This document shows, piece by piece, positions 53,801 to 64,000 of a stretch of DNA of 64,000 bases. Source of the DNA: the human T2T-CHM13v2.0 reference genome, Homo sapiens; assembly GCF_009914755.1 (NCBI RefSeq), contig NC_060946.1; one strand, 5' to 3'. The first letter of the stretch is position 1. The number at the start of each line of letters is the position of its first letter. The position numbers and the translations under genes were made by a program. The notes beneath the pieces were generated by a model. That model ran no database searches and was not told where the DNA came from. It was given only the letters and a program-made list of their open reading frames with translations.

Positions 53801-56800
53801 TTCCATTCAATTCCATTCCATTCCATTCCATTCCATTCCACTCGGGATGTTCCCATTCCATTCCTTTCCATTTCATTCTACTCCATTCCATTCCATTCTA
53901 TTCTATTCCATTCCATTCCTCTCCATTCCATTCCATTCCTCTCCGGTTATTCCATTTCATTCCATTCCATTCCATTCCATTCCACTCGGTTTGTTTCAAT
54001 TCCATTCCATTCCATTTTATTCGGTTCCATTCCATTCCATTACATTCTATAGCATTCCACTCGTGTTGATTCCATACCATTCTATTCCATTCCATTGCAT
54101 TAAATTTCATTCCATTCCATTACACTCGGGTAGATCCCATTCCATTCCATTCCATTCCATTGCATTCCGTTCCATTCCATTCCATTCCATTCCATTCCAT
54201 TCCATTAAATTCCATTCCATTCCATTCCACTCGGTTAGATTCCATTCCATTCCATGCCATTCCATTCCATTCCATTAGTTTCTAATCGGGTTGATTCCAA
54301 TCCATTCCATTTTATTCAAGTCCTTTTCATTCCATGCCATTCCACTCGGGTTGTTTCCATTTTGTTGTATTCCATTCCATTCCATTCCATTCCTTTCCAT
54401 TCCATTCCATTGCATTCCATTCCACTCGGGTTGTTTCCATTCCATTCCATTAGTTTCCATTCCATTCCATTCCTTTCCATTCCATTCCATTCCTTTCCAC
54501 TCAGGGTGATTCCATTCCTTTCCATTCCAATGCATTCCATTCCAGTTGATACCATTGCATTGCATTGTCTCCATTCCATTCCATTCCATGCCATTCCATT
54601 CCATTCCGTTCCACTCGGTTTGTTTCCATTCCATTCCATTCCATTTTATTTCATTGCATTCCATTCCAATATATACTATATCATTCCACTCGGGTTGATT
54701 CCATACCATTCTATTCCATTCCATTTCGTTAAATTCCATTCCATTCCATTCCACTCGGGTAGATTCCATTCCATTCCATTCCATTCCATTCCATTCCATT
54801 CCGGTTCATTCCAATCCATTCCATTCCATTCCATTCCATTCCATTCCATTCCATTCCATTCCATTGCATTCCATTCCATTCCATTGCATTCCATTCCATT
54901 CCATTCCATTCCATTCCATTCCACTCGGGTTGATTCCATAGCATTCCATTCCATTCCATTCCATTACACTCGGGTTGATTCCTTATCATTCCATTCCATT
55001 CATTCCTTTCCATTCCATTCCATTCCTGTCGGTTTGATTCCATTCCATTCCTTTAAATTCCATTCCATTCCTTTCCATTCCATTCCTCTCGGGTTGATTC
55101 TGTTGCATTACATTCCATTCCAGTGCACTTGGTTTGATTCCATTCCCTTCCCTTCCACTCCATTCCATTTCATTCCATTCATTTACATTACACTCCAGTT
55201 GATTCCATAGCATTCCATTCCATTGCATTCCATTCCATTCCATTCCATCCCATTCGGATTGATTCCATTCTATTCTGTTCCATTCCATTCCATACCATTC
55301 CATTCCATTCCTTTCCATTTCATTGCGTTCCATTCCATTCGGGTTGATTCCATTCCATTCCATTGCATTCCATTCCATTCCACTGCATTGCATACCATTC
55401 CACTCCATTCCATTCCATTCCAATCCATTCCACCCGGACTGATTCCATTCCATTCCATTCCATTCTATTCCATTCCATTCCATTCCATTCCAGTTGATTC
55501 CATTGGATTCCATTCTTTTCCATTCCATTCCATTCTATTCCATTCCATTCCATTCCATTCCACTCGAGTTGACTCCAATCCATTCCATTCCATTACATTC
55601 CTTTTCATTCCAATCGGGTGGATTCCTTTCCATTCCATTCCATTCCATTCCATTCCACTTGGGTTAATTCCATTCCGTTCCTTTCCATTCCATTCCATTC
55701 TGTTCCATTCCATTCGTGTTGATTCCATTCCATTCCACTCCAATCCATTCCATTCCATTCCAATCCATTCCATTCCATTCATTTCCACTTGCATTCAATC
55801 TATTCCATTCCATTTCATTCCGTTCTGTTCCATTCCATTCTATTGCATTCCATACCATTCCATTCCACTCTGGATGATTCCATTCCATTCCATTATATTC
55901 CGTTCCATTCCATTCCATTCCATTCCAATCGGGTTGATTCCATTCCATTCCATTCCATTCCATTCCATTCCATTCCGTTCCATTCCACTCGGTTTGTTTA
56001 AATTCCATTCCTTTCAATTTCATTCTATTCCATTCCACTCTATTACATTCCATTCCACTCCATTCCATTCCATTCCTCTCCAGTTATTCCATTCCATTCC
56101 ACTCGGGTTGTTTCCATTCCATTCCATTCCATTTTATTCCATTCCATTCCATTACATTACATTCTATACCATTCCACTCGGGTTGATCCCATACCATTCT
56201 ATTCCATTCCATTCCATTAAATTCCATACCATTCCATTCCACTCGGGTAGATTCCATTCCATTACATTACATTCCATTCCACCCGGTTTGATTCCATTCC
56301 ATTACATTCCATTCCAGTTGATTCCTTTGGAATCGATTTTGTTCCGTTCCATTCCATTCCATTCCAATCCATTCCATTCCACTCGAGTTGATTCCAATCC
56401 ATTCCATTACATTACATTACATTTCATTCCAATCGGGTGGATTCCATTCCATTCCCTTCCATTTCATTGCATTCCACTCGGGTTGATTCCATTCCGTTCC
56501 TTTCCATTCCATTCCATTCCGTTCCATTCCATTCGTGATGATTCCATTCCATTCCACTCCAATCCATTCCATTCCATTCCAATCCATTCCATTCCTTTCA
56601 ATTCCACTCGCATTCAATCTATTCCAATCCATTTCATTCCGTTCTGTTCCATTCCATTCTATTGCATTCCATACCATTCCATTCCACTCTGGATGATTCC
56701 ATTCCATTCCATTTTATTCCGTTCCATTCCATTCCATTCCATTCCACTCGGATTGACTGCATTCCATTCCATTCCATTCCATTCCATTCCATTCCATTCC

Positions 56801-58050
56801 ACTCGGGTTGTTTCCATTCCATTCCTTTCAATTTCATTCTATTCCATTCCATTCCATTCCATTCTATTCCATTTCATTCAACTCCATTCCATTCCATTCC
56901 TCTTCGATTATTCCATTCCATTCCACTCGGGTTGTTTCCATTCCATTCCATTCCATTTTATTCCATTCCATTCCATTACATTACATTCTGTACCATACCA
57001 CTCGGGTTCATCCCATACCATTCTATTCCATTCTATTCCATTAAATTCCATACCATTCCTTTCCACTTGGGTAGATTCCATTCCATTCCATTCCACTCCG
57101 GTAGATTCCATTCCATTCCATTCAATTCCTTTTCATTCCATTCCATTCGGGTTCATTCCATTCCATTCCATTCCATTCCATTCCATTCCAATCCATTCCA
57201 TTCCATTCCATTCCATTCCATTCCATTCCATTCCATTCAATTCCCTTCCATTCCATTCCACTCGGGTTGATTCCATACCATTCCATTCCATTCGTTCCTT
57301 CCATTCCTGTTGGGTTGATTCCATTCCTTTGCTTTCCATTCCATTGCATTCCTTTCCATTCCATTCCTCTCGGGTTGATTCTGTTGCATTACATTCCATT
57401 CCAATGCACTTGGTTGATTCTATTCCCTTCCCTTCCATTCCATTCCATTGCATTCCATTCTTTTACATTAAACTCCGGTTGATTCCATAACATTCCATTC
57501 CATCCCATTCGGATTGATTCCATTCTATTCTGTTCCGTTCCATTCCATTCCATTCCTTTCTATTCCATTCCGTTACATTCCATTCGGGTTGATTCCATTC
57601 CATTCCATTCCATTCCATTGCATTCCGTTCCGTTCCATTTCATTCCACTCCATTCCATTCCATTCCCCTCCATTCCATTCCATTCCACTCCATTCCATTC
57701 AATTCTATTCCACCCGGATTGATTCCATTCCATTGCTTTCCATTCCATTCCTTTCCATTCTATTCCAGTTGATTCCATTGGATTCGATTCTGTTCCATTC
57801 CATTCCATTCCATTCCATTCCACTCTAGTTGATTCCAATACATTCCATTCCATTACATTACATTTCATTCCAATCGGGTGGATTCCATTCCATTCCATTC
57901 CATTCCATTCCATTCCATTCCATTCCATTCCATTCCACTCAGGTTGATACCATTCCGTTCCTTTCCATTACATTCCATTCCGTTCCATTCTATTCGTTTT
58001 GATTCCATTCCATTCCACACCAATCTATTCGATTCCATTCCAATCCATTC
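53800..58050 (+). repeat. Diverged single-copy HOR-related unit
   Basis: Same module order (TAGTTTCTAATC ~54276, CCTTTAAATT ~55050, GTTTAAATT ~55996, CATTAAACTCCGG ~57466). Many private substitutions (CAGGGTG, ATATACTATATC, CAGTGCAC, GGACTGA, CATAACA). Confidence 0.8.
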
Positions 58051-61000
58051 CATTCCTTTCAATTCCACTCGTATTCAGTTTATTCCATTCCATTTCATTC
58101 CGTTTTTTCCATTCCATTCTATTGCATTCCATACCATTCCATTCCACTCGGGATGATTCCATTCCATTCCATTATATTCCGTTCCATTCCATTACATTCC
58201 GTTCCACTCGGGTTGATTCCATTCCATTCCATTCCATTCCATTCCATTCCATTCCACTCCATTCCACTCGGGTTGATTCCATTCCGTTTCTTTCCATTCC
58301 ATTCCATTCCGTTCCATTCTATTCGTGTTGATTCCATTCCATTCCACACCAATCCATTCCATTCCATTCCAATCCATTCCATTCCGTTCAATTCCACTCG
58401 TATTCAATCTATTCCATTCCATTTCATTCCGTTCTGTTCTATTCCATTTTATTGCATTCCATACCATTCCATTCCAATCGGGATGATTCCATTCCATTCC
58501 ATTATATTCCGTTCCATTCCATTCCATTCCATTCCAATCGGGTTGATTCCATTCCATTCCATTCCATTCCATTCCATTCCATTCCACTCGGTTTGTTTAA
58601 ATTCCATTCCTTTCAATTTCATTCTATTCCATTCCACTCTATTACATTCCATTCCACACCATTTCATTCCATTCCTCTCCATTTATTCCATTCCATTCCA
58701 CTCGGGTTGTTTCCATTCCATTCCATTCCATTTTATTCCATTCCATTCCATTACATTACATTCTATACCATTCCACTCGGGTTGATCCCATAACATTCTA
58801 TTCCATTCCATTTTATTCCATTCCATTCCATTACATTACATTCTATACCATTCCACTCGGGTTGATCCCATACCATTCTATTCCATTCCATTCCATTAAA
58901 TTCCATACTATTCCATTACACTCGGGTAGATTCCATTCCATTCCATTCCATTCCATTCCACCCGGTTTGATTCCATTCCATTCCATTCCATTCCAGTTGA
59001 TTCCTTTGGATTCGATTTTGTTCCGTTCCATTCCATTCCATTCCAATCCATTCCATTCCACTCGAGTTGATTCCAATCCTTTCCATTCCATTACATTACA
59101 CTTCATTCCAATCGGGTGGATTCCATTCCATTCCCTTCCATTCCATTCCATTCCACTCGGGTTGATTCCATTTCTTTCCGTTCCATTCCATTCCATTCCG
59201 TTCCATTCCATTCGTGATGATTCCATTCTATTCCACTCCAATCCATTCCATTCCATTCCAATCCATTCCATTCCCTTCAATACCACTCGCATTCAATCTA
59301 TTCCAATCCATTTCATTCCGTTCTGTTCCATTCCATTCTATTGCATTCCATACCATTCCATTCCACTCGGGATGATTCCATTCCATTCCATTATATTCCG
59401 TTCCATTCCATTCCATTCCATTCCACTCGGGTTGACTCCATTCCATTCCATTCCATTCCATTCCACTCAGGTTGTTTCCATTCCATTCCTTTCAATTTCA
59501 TTTTATTCCATTCCATTCCGTTCCATTCCATTCTATTCCATTTCATTCAACTCCATTCCATTCCATTCCTCTTTGGTTATTCCATTCCATTCCACTCGGG
59601 TTGTTTCCATTCCATTCCATTCCATTTTATTCCATTCCATTCCATTACATTACATTCTATACCATTCCACTCGGGTTGATCCCATACCATTCTATTCCAT
59701 TCTATTCCATTAAATTCCATACCATTCCATTCCACTTGGGTAGATTCCATTCCATTCCATTCCACTCCGGTAGATTCCATTCCATTCCATTCAATTCCTT
59801 TTCAGTTCATTCCATTCGGGTTCATTCCATTCCATTCCATTCCATTCCATTCCACTCGGGTTGATTCCATACCATTCCATTCCATTCATTCCTTCCATTC
59901 CTGTCGGGTTGATTCCATTCCATTCCTTTCCATTACATTCCATTCCTTTCCATTCCATTCCTCTTGGGTTGATTCTGTTGCATTACATTCCATTCCAATG
60001 CACTTGGTTTGATTCTATTCCCTTCCCTTCCATTCCATTCCATTGCATTCCATTCATTTACATTAAACTCCGGTTGATTCTATAGCATTCCATTCCATCC
60101 CATTCGGATTGATTCCATTCTATTCTGTTCTGTTCCATTCCATTCCATTGCATACCATTCCATTCCATTCCTTTCTATTCCATTCCGTTACATTCCATTC
60201 GGGTTGATTCCATTCCATTCCATTCCATTCCGTTCCGTTCCATTTCATTCCACTCCATTCCATTCCATTGCACTCCATTCCATTCCATTCCACTCCATTC
60301 CATTCCATTCTATTCCACCCGGATTGATTCCATTCCATTGCTTTCCATTCCATTCCATTCCATTCTATTCCAGTTGATTCCATTGGATTCGATTCTGTTC
60401 CATTCCATTCCATTCCATTCCATTCCATTCCATTCCACTCGAGTTGATTCCAATCCATTCCATTCCATTACATTACATTTCATTCCAATCGGGTGGATTC
60501 CATTCCATTCCATTCCATTCCATTCCATTCCATTCCATTCCATTCAATTCCACTCAGGTTGATACCATTCCGTTGCTTTCCATTCCATTCCATTCTGTTC
60601 CATTCTATTCGTTTTGATTCCATTCCATTCCACACCAATCCATTCGTTTCCATTCCAATCCATTCCATTCCTTTCAATTCCACTCGTATTCAGTCTATTC
60701 CATTCCATTTCATTCCGTTCTGTTCCATTCCATTCTATTGCATTCCATACCATTCCATTCCACTCGGGATGATTCCATTCCATTCCATTCCATTCCATTC
60801 TATTCCATTCCATTCCACTCTGGTTGTTTCCAATCTATTCCTTTCCATTTCTTTCTATTCCATTCCATTCCATTCCATTCTATTCCATTCCATTAGACTC
60901 CATTCCATTCCATTCCTCTCCGGTTATTCCATTCCATTCCATTCCATTCCACTCGGGATGTTTATATTCCATTCCATTCCATTTTATTCCATTCCATTCC

Positions 61001-64000
61001 GTTCCATTACATTCCATTCTATACCATTCCACTCGGGATGTTTCCATTCCATTCCATTCCATTTTATTCCATTCCATTCCGTTCCATTACATTCCATTCT
61101 ATACCATTCCACTCGGGTTAATTCCATACCATTGTATTCATTCCATTCCATTAAATTCCATTCCATTCCATTCCACTCGGGTAGATTCCATTCCATTCCA
61201 TGCCATTCCATTCCATTCCATTCCATTCCATTTAATCCATTCCATTCCATTCCACTCGGGTAGATTCCATTCCATTCCATGCCATTCCATTCCATTCCAT
61301 TCCACTCTATTAGTTTGTAATCGGGTTGATTCCAATCCATTCCATTATATTCAAGTCCTTTCCATTCCATGCCATTCCACTCAGGTTGTTTCCATTTTGT
61401 TGTATTCCATTCCATTCCATTCCATTCCATTCCATTCCATTCCATTCAGTTCCTTTCCATTCCATTGCATTCAATTCAACTCGGGTTGTTTCCATTACGT
61501 TCCATTAGTTTCCATTCCATTCCATTCCTTTCCATTCCATTCCATTCCATTACTTTCCACTCACGGTGATTCCATTCCATTTCATTCCAATGCATTCCAT
61601 TCCCGTTGATACCATTGCATTGCATTGTTTCCATTCCATTCCATTACATTACTTTCCATTCTACCTGGTTTGATTGATTTCCATTCCATTCCATTCCATT
61701 CCATTCCATTCCATAGCATTCCACCAAAGTTGATTGCATGATATTCCATTCCATTCCATTCCATTCCCATTCCATTCCATTCCATTCCATACCATTCCAC
61801 CAAAGTTGATTGCATGCTATTCCATTCCATTCCATTCCATTCCACTCCATTCCATTCCATTCCTTTCCACTTGGGTTGATTCCATTCCATTCAATTCGAT
61901 TCCGTTCCGCTCCGTTCTGTTCCATTCCATTCCATTCCATTCCATTTCATTCCATTGCATTCCACTCGGGTTTATTCCATTCCATTCCATTCCTTTCCAT
62001 TCCATTCCATTCGGGTTGATTCCTTTAAATTCCATTCCATTCCATATCATTCCACTCCATTCCATTCCATTCCATTCGCGTTGATCCTGTTCCATTCCAT
62101 GCACTCATATTCCATTCCATTCCTTTCCATTCCGTTCCATTCTATACCATTCCACAAAGTTGTTTGTATCTTATTCCATTCCATTCCATTCCATTGCATT
62201 CCATTCCATTCCATTCTATTCCACTCTGGTTGATTCCATTCCATTCAATTCCGTTCCGTTCCTTTCTGTTCCATTCCATTCCATTTCATTCCATTGCATT
62301 CCACTCAGGTTGATTCCATTCCATTCCATTCCATTCCATTCCATTCCATTCCATTCCATGCCCTTCGTGTTGATTCCTTTCCAATCCATTCCATTCCATA
62401 CCATTCCACTCCATTCTGTTACATTCCATTCCATTCCATTCCATACCATTCCACCAAAGTTGATTGCATGTTATTCCATTCCATTCCATTCCATTCCATT
62501 CCATTCCATTCCATTCCATTCCTTTCCACTCGGGTTGATTCCATTCCATTCAATTCCGTTCCGTTCCGTTCCATTCCATTCTATTCCATTTCATTCCATT
62601 GCATTCCACTCGGGTTGATTCCATTCCATTCCATTCCATTCCAGTCCATTCCATGCAATTCGGGTGGATTCCTTTCCATTCCATTCCATTCCATTCAATG
62701 CCATTCCACTTCATTCCTTTCCATTCCATTCCGGTTGATTCCGTTCCTTTCAATGCCCTTTTATTCCATTCCATTCCATTATTTTCCATTCCATTCCATA
62801 CCATTCCACCAAAGTTGAGTGCATGTTATTCCATTCCATACCATTCCACCAATGTTGATTGCATGTTATTCCATTCCATTGCAATCCACTCCATTCCATT
62901 CCATTCCATTCCATTCCTTTCCATTCCATTCCATTCCTTTCAACTCGGGTTGATTCCATTCCTTTCAATTCCATTCCGTTCCGTTCCGTTCTATTCCATT
63001 TCATTTTATTCCATTGCATTCCATTCCATACCCTTCGGGTTGATTCCTTTGCATTCTGTTCGATTCCGTACCATTCCACTCCATTCCATTCCATTCCATT
63101 CGGGTTGATTCCATTCCATTCCGTTCCGTTCCATTCCTTTCCATACCATTCTACTAGGGTTGATTCCATACCAATCCATTGCATTGCATTCCATTCCATT
63201 CCATTCCACTCTGGTTGATTCCATTCCTTTCCGTTCCATTCCATTCCATTCCACTCCATTCCGTTCCATTCCATTCGGGTTGATTCCATTCCATTCCGTT
63301 CCGTTCCATTCCTTTCCATACCATTCCACTAGGGTTGATTCCATACCAATCCATTCCATTTCATTCCATTCCATTCCATTCCACTCGGGTTGATTCCATT
63401 CCATTCCATTCCATTCCATTACATTACATTCCACTCCATTCCATTACATTCCATTCCACTCGGGTTAATTCCGTTTCATTCCATTCCAATCCATTCCATT
63501 CCATTCCATTCCATTGGGGTCCATTCCATTCCAATCCATTCCATGCCCTTCGTGTTGATTCCTTTCCAATCCATTCCATTCCATACCATTCCACTCCATT
63601 CTGTTCCAATCCATTCCATTCCATTCCATTCCATTCCATTAAATTCCATTCCATTCCATTCCATTCCATTCCATTCCATTCCCTTCCACTCGGGTTGATT
63701 CCATTCCATTCAATTCCGTTCCGTTCTGTTCCGTTCCGTTCCATTCCATTCCATTTCATTCCGTTCCATTCCATTCGTGTTGATTCCATTCCATTCCACT
63801 CCAATCCATTCCATTCCAAATCATTCCATTCCATTCAATTCCACTCGCATTCAATCTATTCCATTCCATTGCATTCCGTTCGGTTCCATTCCATTCTATT
63901 GCATTTCTTACCATTCCATTCCACTCGGGATGATTCCATTCCATTCCATTATATTCCCTTCCATTCCATTCCATTCCTTTCCACTCGGGATGATTCCATT
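58050..64000 (+). repeat. Downstream copy of the long-range duplication, including a second start of the distinct subdomain (~60800 onward); runs off the window end
   Basis: Colinear with 24350-30268 apart from pentamer-count changes and one extra ~80 bp duplication at ~58730-58870. Confidence 0.93.
58730..58880 (+). repeat. 80 bp tandem duplication private to the downstream copy
   Basis: TTTTATTCC...TTACATTACATTCTATACCATTCCACTCGGGTTGATCCCATA occurs twice (~58731, ~58811) and once at ~25040. It explains the offset step from 33697 to 33772. Confidence 0.9.

Larger units (their letters stand above)
1..64000 (+). repeat. Satellite III (HSat3-type) array, (CATTC)n / (GGAAT)n, C-rich strand on +
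   Basis: Seen: the pentamer CATTC dominates every line, interrupted every ~40-150 bp by CACTCGGGTTGATTC / CATTCGGGTTG and variants. Established: (ATTCC)n with interspersed A(C/T)TCGGGTTG (CAACCCGAGT on the other strand) defines human satellite 3. HSat2 would instead be rich in CATTCGATTC/GATGAT. Subfamily and chromosome cannot be assigned by eye. Confidence 0.98.

Noticed and set aside
55223-57490. 755 aa ORF, and other long + strand ORFs (3661-5094, 13850-15412, 39909-41486, 46169-47731)
   Set aside because: (CATTC)n has no stop codon in any frame and translates to (HSIPF)n. ORF length just reflects where sparse TGA/TAA/TAG variants fall. Overlapping ORFs exist in all six frames, many lack ATG starts, and there is no domain content.
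1-64000. Minus-strand (MEWNG)n ORFs
   Set aside because: Direct translation of (GGAAT)n with an ATG every 5 bp. There is no evidence of coding selection, and any database 'hypothetical protein' matches would most likely be satellite artefacts or contamination.
1-64000. CRISPR-like pattern of a recurring CACTCGGGTTGATTCC motif with variable intervals
   Set aside because: The intervals are pentamer repeats of irregular length and not unique spacers. There is no leader and no cas genes.
1-64000. Transposon insertion, unique-sequence island or strand inversion
   Set aside because: None seen. There is no poly(A), no Alu/L1-like stretch and no switch to (GGAAT)n on the + strand. Non-pentamer stretches are no longer than a few tens of bases.
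1-64000. Assignment to a named array (DYZ1, D15Z1, chr9 HSat3) or to HSat2
   Set aside because: The dominant periods seen (6.26, 5.79, 4.45 and ~3.0-3.3 kb) are not the regular 3.56 kb or 1.8 kb units, and HSat2 motifs are rare. A confident placement needs k-mer classification or mapping, which I cannot run.

Overview
The whole 64 kb window is one uninterrupted array of classical satellite III (HSat3 type, most likely human or great-ape pericentromeric or acrocentric heterochromatin). It consists of (CATTC)n on the + strand punctuated by the diagnostic CA(C/T)TCGGGTTGATTC motif and its variants. I see no credible gene, RNA gene, transposon, CRISPR array or strand inversion, and every ORF in the track is a translation artefact of the pentamer. 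I therefore cannot support a novel protein-coding system. The real signal is a layered higher-order-repeat (HOR) architecture, read from rare variant motifs and identical ORF translations. There is a family of related HOR units of about 5.79, 6.26 and 4.45 kb that interconvert by a ~0.5 kb gain and a ~1.76 kb loss. A sequence-distinct ~3.0-3.3 kb-period subfamily occupies 27.0-37.1 kb. A block starting at ~24.35 kb recurs ~33.75 kb downstream, and the upstream copy has chimeric junctions. All coordinates were read by eye and are approximate (about +/-50 bp for junctions). No alignment was run.
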